A stretch of DNA of 64,000 nt, taken from IMG/VR virus record IMGVR_UViG_3300045135_001635, one strand, 5' to 3'. Shown here piece by piece: positions 1-8,932 of the stretch (positions are counted from its first letter, which is position 1; each line of letters begins with the position of its first letter). Source of the stretch: a virus. Made by a program: the position numbers and the translations under genes. The notes under the pieces are model-generated. The model did no database searches. It was not told the origin of the DNA and worked only from the letters and a program-made list of their open reading frames with translations.

Positions 1-913
1 CATTTTCTCCACGAAACTCTTTGAAATCTTCGGCGATTTTAAGTTCGTGAATCTTTTGGCGTTGAATACGGTCTATGTATCTCTCGAACTTCTGCATATC
101 AGAGCGGTTCGTCACTATAACTTTAACAAACTTTTCGTCTAAGTAAGATAAGTCTTCAAAGTAGTTAAGTGTAGACTCGTCATAGTATACCTTATGATAC
201 ATTGTAAGAGGGTTTTGTACAGGCGTTAGCGTACGAGTCTCGGTATCATATATGTGAAAGTATTTTGGATCATGCGCATCAGACCACATAAACTCCATTT
301 GAGAACCCAAATAATGAATATTACCTTGTTGCGATTTCGTATGGAAATGGCCAGATAAAACTAATTCAAACTTAGTAAGTGGTCGGGCATCCATGCCATC
401 TTTACAGACGAATCCAGCATCCATTTCGAAGCCACTTAATTCAAAGTGACCGCCGATAACGTCCGCACCACAATTATCCAGAAACTCATTACACTGTTTT
501 TCATTCTCAGGGCATATCCAAGGAACAAGACCAAACTTTACATCACCGTATTCACGTACGGTAGGATTCATAATAATATCCACTTCGTTGATGTAGTGAC
601 CCATCAGTTCCTTGAGAGAATTTAACTCATTAGTGTTTTTGAAAAACGTGTCATGATTTCCAGGAATAATATCCATCTTAATACCGAACTCTCTTAGCTT
701 ATCTAAGAATATAGAACGGTTATGCTGTAACGCTTTGATATTAATAGTCTTACGATTATCATAGTAATCGCCAAGATGAAGGATCTGATCGATACCATTC
801 TCTTGTAAGTAAGGGAAGAACACATCCAAATAGAAGCGTTCTTGATACTTCATAAAAATATCCGACGAATTACGAACCCCACAGTGGGTGTCATTTAAGA
901 TGGCTAATTTCAT
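1..913 (-). CDS. gp47: Recombination endonuclease subunit (Mre11/SbcD-like), partial; runs off the left edge
   Basis: Not in the ORF track. ATG at 913 reads MKLAILNDTHCGVRNSS...HLGDYYD...IIPGNHD...LSGHFH (metallophosphoesterase motifs); lies downstream of gp55 as in T4-like phages. Confidence 0.93.
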   Translation of the reverse strand, partial: MKLAILNDTHCGVRNSSDIFMKYQERFYLDVFFPYLQENGIDQILHLGDYYDNRKTINIKALQHNRSIFLDKLREFGIKMDIIPGNHDTFFKNTNELNSLKELMGHYINEVDIIMNPTVREYGDVKFGLVPWICPENEKQCNEFLDNCGADVIGGHFELSGFEMDAGFVCKDGMDARPLTKFELVLSGHFHTKSQQGNIHYLGSQMEFMWSDAHDPKYFHIYDTETRTLTPVQNPLTMYHKVYYDESTLNYFEDLSYLDEKFVKVIVTNRSDMQKFERYIDRIQRQKIHELKIAEDFKEFRGEN

Positions 914-943
914 AATATACTTCTAAAGAATTAATAATAAATT

Positions 944-972
944 ATTATACTATACTTTGTAAATAAAGTAAA
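944..972 (-). promoter_or_regulatory. sigma70-type promoter upstream of gp47
   Basis: Minus strand TTTACT-17 nt-TATAAT. Confidence 0.75.
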
Positions 973-977
973 GCTTT

Positions 978-1562
978 TTAATCAATAAAGTCAGATAGGT
1001 CAGAGTCAACGTTAACAGCGCGTCGTTTTCGTTTCTTTTCTTCCTTGATATATTCTTTGAATTCTTTATCAGCTTCCTTTACAACATCTATACGATGACG
1101 CAAGGTATCAACGAATGGTTGGTTTTGACCACCAGATGTATCATCACTTTCAGCTAAAAATTCGCTGAGATCAGCTTCTGATATGAATTTCATCTTGATA
1201 TCTTGTTGCTTTTTCTCTTTTTGGATACGTCGTAAGAACGCATACCAAGAGATTTGTGTGAAGTAAGCAAAGGCATTTGGATTACCTGAGCGTGTAGCAG
1301 TTTCTACATCGTAGTTTTCGATCGCCTTTAGACAATTCTCAACAGCATCCATAACCATTTCTTCGCGATACGTATAACGTACGAAGTTGGCTTTGTGTGA
1401 TAATCCCTCGGCGATACGAAGAAAACATTGAGCGACGTAATTTGGAACTTGAGGACGTGCTTCACCGTTTTTTTCTTTTTCTTTTACATCATAACAATAA
1501 TCGACTACTGCTTGAGAGAAGTCTTTATTGTTAACGTAATGCGGTTTATCTTTTGGCTTCAT
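978..1562 (-). CDS. gp55: Late-transcription sigma factor
   Basis: HYVNNKDF...CFLRIAEGLSHKANFVRYTYREEMVMDAVENCL...NAFAYFTQI..AFLRRIQKEKKQ, typical of gp55; TATAAATA promoters occur throughout the window. Confidence 0.95.
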   Translation of the reverse strand: MKPKDKPHYVNNKDFSQAVVDYCYDVKEKEKNGEARPQVPNYVAQCFLRIAEGLSHKANFVRYTYREEMVMDAVENCLKAIENYDVETATRSGNPNAFAYFTQISWYAFLRRIQKEKKQQDIKMKFISEADLSEFLAESDDTSGGQNQPFVDTLRHRIDVVKEADKEFKEYIKEEKKRKRRAVNVDSDLSDFID

Positions 1563-1590
1563 TATGTAAGTCTCTTATTAATGTAGATAT

Positions 1591-1619
1591 ATTATAGTAC
1601 TAATTTGGTAAAAAGTCAA
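1591..1619 (-). promoter_or_regulatory. sigma70-type promoter upstream of gp55
   Basis: Minus strand TTGACT-17 nt-TATAAT, followed by ATATCT. Confidence 0.8.
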
Positions 1620-2032
1620 GCTTTTTCTCCGGAAGCGACTCGTTTTCTTAACTCAGATGAAGAAAAACGGTGTTCGCGCTTATTAAAGTATAATTCTATT
1701 CCTCGACTCGCGCAAATAGCTCTCCCTGTAAACTTACCGTTCTTATACTCCTCTCCTAATATACGTACATTGATATGATACATCGAGAGGATATCTTCTA
1801 AGTCTTGTTCGGTAGCGTAAGGGATTATCTCATCAACGTAACCCACCGCCTTCAGTTGAGTGTAACGTTCAACGACAGTTTGAATAGGCATGTTCTTTTC
1901 GGGTCTGTCTATTGTAGGGTCTGTTTGTAAACCCGCAATTAGATAATCACATTGGTCTTTAGCATCACGTAACATTTGGACGTGACCAGAATGTAGTAGA
2001 TCAAAAGAAGAACAAGTAAATCCAACTTTCAT
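1616..2032 (-). CDS. Cytidylyltransferase (TagD/glycerol-3-phosphate cytidylyltransferase-like)
   Basis: FDLLHSGH (HxGH motif), YVDEIIPY, and C-terminal RxHRFSSSELR. Confidence 0.88.
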   Translation of the reverse strand: MKVGFTCSSFDLLHSGHVQMLRDAKDQCDYLIAGLQTDPTIDRPEKNMPIQTVVERYTQLKAVGYVDEIIPYATEQDLEDILSMYHINVRILGEEYKNGKFTGRAICASRGIELYFNKREHRFSSSELRKRVASGEKA

Positions 2033-2043
2033 AAAAATATTCC

Positions 2044-2072
2044 TTTACGAATCATGATTTATAGTATATAAT
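2044..2072 (+). promoter_or_regulatory. Plus-strand (antisense) sigma70-type promoter
   Basis: TTTACG-17 nt-TATAAT followed by ATATCTTAGAT; sister copy at 42617. Confidence 0.6.
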
Positions 2073-2105
2073 ATATCTTAGATTACAGGGAAGATAGTAT
2101 ACGCA

Positions 2106-2531
2106 TTAATGTTTCAGCATATCCGTAGTATCGCTATCAAATAATGAGATGACTTGACATTCATTAATGTAATCATCTAACTCATCTTCGAATCCTTCGG
2201 TAGCTTGTAATATCTGATCTTCTTCATCAGATTCTTTAAACTCGAACATTTCTTTAATAGCCATATCATACTGATGCATCATCTCATCACTCGGGATAGC
2301 CATACCCATAATCTTATCAGACATTATAAGCATTACGCTTAACGGCGTGTCTTGATATACCATGAACGTTCTAAACGTGTAGTACTTATATCCATCTTCA
2401 GTAGTTCTTTCAACAAGGCGATACGCATTACGTACAGCAAACGATTCAGGTGCTTCGTCTATAATTTCACAAATAACTTCTTCACCATTGACTAACTTTA
2501 GTTGTTTAATCGAAGATTCCATTATCATCAT
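2106..2531 (-). CDS. Conserved T4-like hypothetical protein (KLxNGEEVIC motif, Sm-like fold suspected)
   Basis: IKQLKLVNGEEVICEI N-terminus and acidic tail; sits downstream of uvsW as in many marine T4-like phages. Confidence 0.6.
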   Translation of the reverse strand: MMIMESSIKQLKLVNGEEVICEIIDEAPESFAVRNAYRLVERTTEDGYKYYTFRTFMVYQDTPLSVMLIMSDKIMGMAIPSDEMMHQYDMAIKEMFEFKESDEEDQILQATEGFEDELDDYINECQVISLFDSDTTDMLKH

Positions 2532-4032
2532 CCTTTGGTGGTTTCAAGTTTATAGGGTATATTTTATATCTAAACCCTTCTTTTGTATATATCTTGATTC
2601 TTTCGGCGCTATGTTTCAGTGTAAAGTTCTTGTGACCTTTAGTATGTAGGTCATCCGCAACGTCAAATAATTTGGTAGTACTACCGTCATCAGACTGACG
2701 TAAACCACGACCAATAGACTGTAACACTTTGACTTGTGACTTACTTGGTGTAGCAAATACAATGTTATGTAGGTTACGAATATTGATACCTGTAGAGAAC
2801 GTACCTAAACTCGCAACGATAATAGCATCGTTTTGTTTTTCTACGATACCACGTATTGATTCACGATCCGAAGCATCAACCTCACCGGAAACATAAAAGA
2901 CTTTACGGTCTTCAGAAGCCATACCTCTTATCATATCATATAATACTTTTCCGTGTTTTTCAACAAATTGAAACATCACGAGGGTATTTCCTTTCTGATC
3001 GAGCGCTAACTTACTTATAAACTTGTTACGTGGCTCATAACGTACGATGAAGTCTAACTCATCTTGGTACTTGTAGTCTTTTGCCTTATTACACTCGTCT
3101 TGATGATACTGTAGTAGTAACACCGAGATATCTAAGTCGGCAAGGGTTCCCTCTTTTTGTAATGTAACTGTCCTTGTGACAGTGAACGTTGGTCCAAATA
3201 ATCCTTCAAGAACTAACTTATTAGTTTCCGTGCCGTCCAACGTTCCTGTTAAACCAAAACGGTATTGCGCTTCCGAGCATTTGTCCATCATTGTACTGAG
3301 GGATTTTGCTTTGAACAAATGTACCTCATCACCGAATACCGTGTTGAACTGTTCATACCATTCTTTTGGAAATTTGTATATAGATTGCCAAGTTGATATG
3401 ATAATTCGTTTATCTGTTACTTTTTCTTTACCGCTGTATATTTTGTGACAGTTAGTTTCTACGTCATATCCATAGTCTTCAAAGTCTTTATACATTTGCT
3501 CTACCAAAGACGTTGTTGGAACAACTACTAATATCTTTCCTTCAGTAACTTCGTGAGCATAACGCATTAGGTTGTATATAATAAATGACTTACCCGAGCC
3601 TGTAGGGGATAGCAATAGACAGCGTTTATTTTCTACGCCGTGAGCGATTGCTTTATACTGATAGTCACGTGGCTCAAATGGTGTGCCAAGTCCAGCAAGA
3701 AACTTAATTAATGTGGGATGATCCACTTCGTCTTTTGCTGAAGGAATACCATAAACTTCATGCTCTAATATTTCAAGTTGATAAAAACGGTCTGCGCAAA
3801 AGCGTCTAAAGTGAGTATATAAGCCCACGTTCATTTGCTTCGTTACGGTGTTATATAGTTTAACTTTACCGTCCCACACCTTTCTCTTGAAGGCAGGCAT
3901 AAACTTATAGCCAGGAACAAAGAAAGAAAAGTATTCTCTCAGTTCGTGTTCTTGCGCAGGATGAGCTTCCACAGCAAAGTAGCTATGGTTTATCATTCTT
4001 ATTCTTATTTTATTATCAACTACAACGGTCAT
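2506..4032 (-). CDS. uvsW: SF2 DNA helicase UvsW
   Basis: SPTGSGKS Walker A, GDEVH, GLTGT, STGINI, QSIGRGLR. Start set at ATG 4032, overlapping the uvsY stop. Confidence 0.95.
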   Translation of the reverse strand: MTVVVDNKIRIRMINHSYFAVEAHPAQEHELREYFSFFVPGYKFMPAFKRKVWDGKVKLYNTVTKQMNVGLYTHFRRFCADRFYQLEILEHEVYGIPSAKDEVDHPTLIKFLAGLGTPFEPRDYQYKAIAHGVENKRCLLLSPTGSGKSFIIYNLMRYAHEVTEGKILVVVPTTSLVEQMYKDFEDYGYDVETNCHKIYSGKEKVTDKRIIISTWQSIYKFPKEWYEQFNTVFGDEVHLFKAKSLSTMMDKCSEAQYRFGLTGTLDGTETNKLVLEGLFGPTFTVTRTVTLQKEGTLADLDISVLLLQYHQDECNKAKDYKYQDELDFIVRYEPRNKFISKLALDQKGNTLVMFQFVEKHGKVLYDMIRGMASEDRKVFYVSGEVDASDRESIRGIVEKQNDAIIVASLGTFSTGINIRNLHNIVFATPSKSQVKVLQSIGRGLRQSDDGSTTKLFDVADDLHTKGHKNFTLKHSAERIKIYTKEGFRYKIYPINLKPPKDDDNGIFD

Positions 4033-4481
4033 TAAGCACCTGCTTCGAACTGTCGCCACTGGATCATATTTTTAATCGTTTGATGGCGCCATTTTAATGT
4101 ATCAACAATATCAGTGAGAGTACTTATAAGAACTTTATTGTACTCTATTTTCTCTTCAGACTTTTGAATCTCAGGGTCACTATTGTAATAATAATCCATA
4201 TCACCTTTGAGAATTTTAAGACCATCGAATGGGTCTGGATCCCATCCTAAATCACGCAGAGTGCCTTCATCCATCTTACCTTGGTAATATAACCACTTTT
4301 GCTTTAAAAGCGTATGCTGTTGATTCTCGGCACGTTTCTTTTGTAATTTAGCCATGGCCAAGTATTGTAAATATTTCGCGTGAAGCGAAGGAGTTTGACG
4401 AGATACTTCGTCTAATTGGTGTTGAGGAATAACGTTATCTTCATTCCATTCTTTCAATACATGTTCTAAATTAATCATCAT
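4032..4481 (-). CDS. uvsY: Recombination mediator UvsY
   Basis: LHAKYL...KWLYYQGK...IKNMIQWRQFEAG; adjacent to uvsW. Confidence 0.9.
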   Translation of the reverse strand: MMINLEHVLKEWNEDNVIPQHQLDEVSRQTPSLHAKYLQYLAMAKLQKKRAENQQHTLLKQKWLYYQGKMDEGTLRDLGWDPDPFDGLKILKGDMDYYYNSDPEIQKSEEKIEYNKVLISTLTDIVDTLKWRHQTIKNMIQWRQFEAGA

Positions 4482-5110
4482 TCACCTTTAATATGTTCAA
4501 TACAATCTAACCAGAAGTCCTTATCTTTACTCACTACGAACGAGTGAGTCATTCTCCAACAGTTAGTATGCGCAGCGTGATAACATACAGCGCCCTCTAT
4601 ATAGGTTCCAAAGTAACCAGCCTTACACGACCAACCTTTCTTATCCTTGACAGTTTGTTCTACGCCGTTTTCGTCGATATATTTAAACCAACCATCACCA
4701 GTTTCAGACCAAGTAAAGATAAGATTATACCCAGGAGCGTCAGCATTATTATGCCAAGCGATAAACCCATCAGGCGGATATAATTGACTCAGCGCATTAG
4801 TATTGATACCAAGTTCAGTCTTAATATCTTCGTCTAACTTGCTAAAGTCTTTCTTGTAGTTAAGGTCGTCGCCTTTGTAATGATCAGGCTTTAGCGCGTA
4901 CGAGCGAGCGTTCTCGGGATATCCAATATGATCGCTACCCATAGCTATTATCTTGTCGCGATAATCGTCTCCGACCCAGTCTATTGAGTTGTGGTTGATA
5001 TTACCGAGCATATTGTTTGTTTCTTCTGGGGTGTATTTCTCGCGAAACAGGTACACCATATGGTTCAGGATATGAAGTAGTTCTTCATTCCCGATTGGTA
5101 TCGTCGTCAT
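4478..5110 (-). CDS. Putative 2OG-Fe(II) oxygenase-fold protein (HxN...H...RxT)
   Basis: LYPPDGFIAWHNN...CYHAA...WRMT; clear paralogue of 33701-34408. Confidence 0.55.
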   Translation of the reverse strand: MTTIPIGNEELLHILNHMVYLFREKYTPEETNNMLGNINHNSIDWVGDDYRDKIIAMGSDHIGYPENARSYALKPDHYKGDDLNYKKDFSKLDEDIKTELGINTNALSQLYPPDGFIAWHNNADAPGYNLIFTWSETGDGWFKYIDENGVEQTVKDKKGWSCKAGYFGTYIEGAVCYHAAHTNCWRMTHSFVVSKDKDFWLDCIEHIKGE

Positions 5111-5113
5111 ATA

Positions 5114-5575
5114 TTATATAATCTCAAAGTGACTAAATCTAAACGTCGCATCGAACGTTAGATAAGTAATATCGCCTGAAGTAGAGTTAAGTTCGAATGC
5201 TCCGATATTTGTAGGAATACAATTCTTGTATCGGATTTCGATATTCTTATTATTATGACTTGTTAAAATTACGAGCGTGATATCAGCTTCGATACCTTCG
5301 TAGTTCTCGATAGAATCTTCCATCCAAGACTGCATCTCTTTATAACCAGCCATATCTTCGTCGATAATAAGGTTAATAGAAAGTTCGCTGAATGTAATCT
5401 TATCACCGAGTAACGGTAATTGTGATAGTTTTGGTATACCAACCTCAACCGCATTTACGGATGATCCCGGATGTGTTACAGACTGAGCAAAGTATTCAAT
5501 ATTAGATTGATCTTTATTGATTACTACCTTAAACCCTGTTGGCTGTAAGAAGTTTTTGTTTGTTGTTACGTTCAT
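5114..5575 (-). CDS. gp3: Tail tube terminator / tail completion protein
   Basis: NFLQPTGF...GDKITFSELSINLIIDEDMAGYKEMQSWM...F; located after gp23. Confidence 0.85.
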   Translation of the reverse strand: MNVTTNKNFLQPTGFKVVINKDQSNIEYFAQSVTHPGSSVNAVEVGIPKLSQLPLLGDKITFSELSINLIIDEDMAGYKEMQSWMEDSIENYEGIEADITLVILTSHNNKNIEIRYKNCIPTNIGAFELNSTSGDITYLTFDATFRFSHFEII

Positions 5576-5597
5576 AATATATCCTCAGTTACGGTAA

Positions 5598-5605
5598 TAT
5601 TTATA
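5598..5605 (-). promoter_or_regulatory. T4 late promoter TATAAATA
   Basis: Exact TATAAATA about 23 nt upstream of gp3. Confidence 0.85.
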
Positions 5606-5620
5606 TCGAATTTAACTCAC

Positions 5621-5645
5621 AAAAAAAGGGGAGCCGAAGCTCCCC
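5621..5645 (-). terminator. Rho-independent terminator after gp23
   Basis: GGGGAGC-TTCG-GCTCCCC-TTTTTTT. Confidence 0.92.
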
Positions 5646-5712
5646 AATGTATCCTTTTTCAAAATTCATTTCTTATTATTATAAAGTCATGATATGAATA
5701 ATTAAGGATTCT

Positions 5713-6960
5713 TTACGCTAAGATGTTATCTACAGCAAACTTGCGGTAATATTGGTTTGTACCAGCAACTGCTAGACCATTTGACGGCGCATCACCGACG
5801 AATGGGTTAGACGCCATACCGTAACGAGTTTTGAACCCGATGCGTGGTTGGAAGTCATTCTCGCCAACTGCTTTAACCATTTGTAATGGAACGTATGGGC
5901 AGTAGAAGATACCAGCGTCATAAGGGTTAGTACCTTTATAACCAACAGTGATATAATCAGAACCAGCATATGGGTCGATGTAAACTTTAGTACGACCGTT
6001 TAAAGTACCAGCAAAAGTATTACCAGTATCATCAACTTGTAAAGAAGTAGACATTGCTGGAGTGTAGTCAAGCATACCAGAAGCAGCTAAAGCAGTTGCT
6101 ACGTCTGAAGAACAGATTACAACGTTACCTTTACCACGACGAGTTTCTTTAGCAATTACGTTCGCTTCGCGATCTAGTTGAATTACAAGACCTTTGAATT
6201 TCTCAGCAGACCAACGACCATCAGCATCAGAAGATAGATCGAATACGCCAGGAGTTGCGATGTTAGATGATTGAGCACCTAATTTTGCTTGGCTGTTGAT
6301 TGTGTGAATTACTTCACGGTTCATTTCAGCAAGGATCTCAGTAGATAAGATGTTTGCTAATTCAGTTTCAGCGTCAAGACCGTGGATTGCTTTTAAGTCT
6401 TGTGCTAATTCTAAGCTGTATTCAGCTTTCAACGCACGAGATTTCGCTGTAACAGTCGCTTTCTCGATTGTGAAACCCATCTCAGCGAAGTCACCGCCAG
6501 TGTTACCTAATGCTTCAGCAGCAGCTGTAGACATACCAGCACCAACTGTATCAGAGTCAGCAACACCAGAGAAAGCTGAGTTAGCTTCTTCGAATAATGC
6601 TTCTTCGTTTGCTACAGAACCGCCTTCGTAACGTGATTTCATCGCGAAGATAAGACCAGTTGGACCAGACATTGGCTGTACACCAGCTACGTCATATGCC
6701 ATTAAGTTAGGCATTGCGCGACGTACTAATGAGATTAATACAGGATCCCAAGTACCGATAGAACCAGTGTTGTTACCAGCTGTCTCGTTTAATGAACCAA
6801 AACCTGCTTCTTGAGCACGCGCTTCAGTCATCGCTTTTTCTTGGTTTTCTAGGATAGCAGCAGTAACTGCTTTACGGTGATGGTCTTTGATAGAACCAGC
6901 TGATTCTTCGTTAAGAACTGGTGACCATTTTTCTACTAATTTATCGAATGATTGTTGCAT
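5713..6960 (-). CDS. gp23: Major capsid protein
   Basis: LVRRAMPNLMAYDVAGVQPMSGPTGLIFAM, KSRALKAEYSLELAQDLKAIHGLDAE, FQPRIGFKTRYG. Confidence 0.98.
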   Translation of the reverse strand: MQQSFDKLVEKWSPVLNEESAGSIKDHHRKAVTAAILENQEKAMTEARAQEAGFGSLNETAGNNTGSIGTWDPVLISLVRRAMPNLMAYDVAGVQPMSGPTGLIFAMKSRYEGGSVANEEALFEEANSAFSGVADSDTVGAGMSTAAAEALGNTGGDFAEMGFTIEKATVTAKSRALKAEYSLELAQDLKAIHGLDAETELANILSTEILAEMNREVIHTINSQAKLGAQSSNIATPGVFDLSSDADGRWSAEKFKGLVIQLDREANVIAKETRRGKGNVVICSSDVATALAASGMLDYTPAMSTSLQVDDTGNTFAGTLNGRTKVYIDPYAGSDYITVGYKGTNPYDAGIFYCPYVPLQMVKAVGENDFQPRIGFKTRYGMASNPFVGDAPSNGLAVAGTNQYYRKFAVDNILA

Positions 6961-6970
6961 GATAGTTTCC

Positions 6971-8008
6971 TTAAATAGAGGTTTTCTTTAAAACTGAAAG
7001 GTAGTTTTCCATTACTGAAGAGATCTGAACTTCGTCGTCTGCTTCTTCGTGGATTTCTTCTACCGCTTCTGGTATTTCTTTTGAGAAGTAAGATTCTTTG
7101 ATAGTGGCGATTTTCTTAGCGAATGATTCTTCGCCATCGAAATCTACATTTTCAACTAAACCTTTCAATTTCTCAGCTTGTGTGTCTGCTAAGTCACGAG
7201 TAGCTTCAGCGATGATTGCATCACGCTTTAATACTTCAAGTTCTTCAGCAAGTGCGATTGCGTCACCAGTTGTAGCGTTAAGTTTTTCTTCTAACTCTTC
7301 AACTTGTTCTGCTAAATCGTCAACTAGGTCAATCTTAGATTCTGGAACTTCGACGTAAGATTCTACGAAAAGATCCTTCATAGATGACATAAAGTTTTCT
7401 GCGATTTCAGTACGTAGACCGTTCTGAATTGCTAACTTGTTGTCTTCCATCCAAGACTCAACAACGTAGTTTAAGTAAGAATCGACCTTACCAACCAAGT
7501 CTTCTTTGATTGTAGTAACTTCCTCGGCTAACTCTTCTTTGTAGCTCTCTTCAAGACGAGATACTTCTTCAGCAAGCTTTGACTTAACAGCTGCTTCAAA
7601 AATAACCTGTGTCTTTTCTTTGAACTCTTCAGATAGAGTTGCTTCACCTTCAACGATTGCTTGGAGTTCAGCGTTTGTATCAACATCTTCTAATACAACA
7701 TCAGCTTCAACACCTGCAGCTTCACATACTTTAGAGTACGCAGCTTGTAGGTCAGCTTTTTTCATTTTAGAAGCAGTTTTGTACATTGCGTTTAACATAC
7801 CTGCTTTTGTTTTAGGTAAAGAAGCTTTAGTAGTAGCTTTTGCTGCTTTATCGACAGACGCAATTGCTTCTGGCTCTGTAACAGGTTGAGCTTCTACTTT
7901 CGCACCAGTAGCCTTTGGCTCTTGTGCTTCTTCGAGAGTTTCCTCCACGATTTCGTTAACATCTGCATCGTGAAGTTCAACTTCGACTTCTTTGTTTAAA
8001 TCAGTCAT
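6971..8008 (-). CDS. gp22: Prohead core scaffold protein
   Basis: Acidic coiled coil; LSEEFKEK..IFEAAV, VDSYLNYVVESWMEDN; lies between gp21 and gp23. Confidence 0.92.
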   Translation of the reverse strand: MTDLNKEVEVELHDADVNEIVEETLEEAQEPKATGAKVEAQPVTEPEAIASVDKAAKATTKASLPKTKAGMLNAMYKTASKMKKADLQAAYSKVCEAAGVEADVVLEDVDTNAELQAIVEGEATLSEEFKEKTQVIFEAAVKSKLAEEVSRLEESYKEELAEEVTTIKEDLVGKVDSYLNYVVESWMEDNKLAIQNGLRTEIAENFMSSMKDLFVESYVEVPESKIDLVDDLAEQVEELEEKLNATTGDAIALAEELEVLKRDAIIAEATRDLADTQAEKLKGLVENVDFDGEESFAKKIATIKESYFSKEIPEAVEEIHEEADDEVQISSVMENYLSVLKKTSI

Positions 8009-8017
8009 AGTGACTCC

Positions 8018-8677
8018 TTATAGTTTAGATTTGATTAACGAGAGGAAATTCTTAAACTCACGAATCTGCACTTCTGGTTGTTGTGCTATCGTTGCTTGTT
8101 TGATTTCAGTCTCCATCTCTTCAATAACCTGTGGCTCAAGAATTCCGTTATTCCAGACCCAGTCAACACCTTCCATTATACCATTAACGAAAGCATCAGG
8201 TGCGCTCGGATCTTGTACAATATCAACTGTACTAAGAATAAAGTCTTCTTTGACGTACATTACGCCATTTTTTTGCTCAAGGCTTCCCATACCACGAGTT
8301 GACACGCCTAATTGAACACCGCCTTCAAGAAGTCCTTTAACTATCTTTCCCATCGGTGTATCTAATATTTGTGCCTTTCCAATCACATTATTACCTTCAA
8401 ATTTAAGATCGGTAATAAGGTGTGAAACTTTGTCCAAGTTAACAGTTGGTCCTTCAGGGTGATTTAATTCACCGACGGCACGCTTCTTGCTAACTTGATC
8501 TTGAACGTATTTATTAACAGCGTTTTCCATAATTGCTTTAGGATAAACACGTCCATTACGATTCTTTTGATCAGCTTGCGCGAATACACCTTCAATAACA
8601 TAGTTCTTCTCGCCATTCTCTTTGGCTTCAACGATGCATTCTAATCCAGTTTCTGTAAATTCGCTAATAAGCTTCAT
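8018..8677 (-). CDS. gp21: Prohead protease
   Basis: NRNGRVYP, GELNHP, GVSTRGMGS, DIVQDPSAPDAFV. Confidence 0.96.
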   Translation of the reverse strand: MKLISEFTETGLECIVEAKENGEKNYVIEGVFAQADQKNRNGRVYPKAIMENAVNKYVQDQVSKKRAVGELNHPEGPTVNLDKVSHLITDLKFEGNNVIGKAQILDTPMGKIVKGLLEGGVQLGVSTRGMGSLEQKNGVMYVKEDFILSTVDIVQDPSAPDAFVNGIMEGVDWVWNNGILEPQVIEEMETEIKQATIAQQPEVQIREFKNFLSLIKSKL

Positions 8678-8678
8678 T

Positions 8679-8873
8679 TTATTTTCCCAGAGCCTTTAAT
8701 ACTTCTTTTGCTGTATCTTGGGCTTCTTTCTCTGACTTAAAGTTATCGGCAACAAGGTCTCCATCTACACGGAGTTCAATACCTTTTTTGCCATCCTTAA
8801 TTTCTACAGGGATGCCTTTAATTTTCTTTTTAGAGAGAACTTTAGATTCTCTAATTTCTTTAAAAGTTTTCAT
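8679..8873 (-). CDS. Small prohead core-type protein (gp68 position)
   Basis: MKTFKEIRE start typical of head-internal proteins; immediately upstream of gp21 with its own late promoter. Confidence 0.55.
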   Translation of the reverse strand: MKTFKEIRESKVLSKKKIKGIPVEIKDGKKGIELRVDGDLVADNFKSEKEAQDTAKEVLKALGK

Positions 8874-8894
8874 AACATCTCCTTAATTACATAT

Positions 8895-8902
8895 TATTTA
8901 TA
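8895..8902 (-). promoter_or_regulatory. T4 late promoter TATAAATA
   Basis: Exact match upstream of 8873. Confidence 0.85.
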
Positions 8903-8932
8903 ACAAAAAGAACTTTGACTTAGAAAAAAGTT

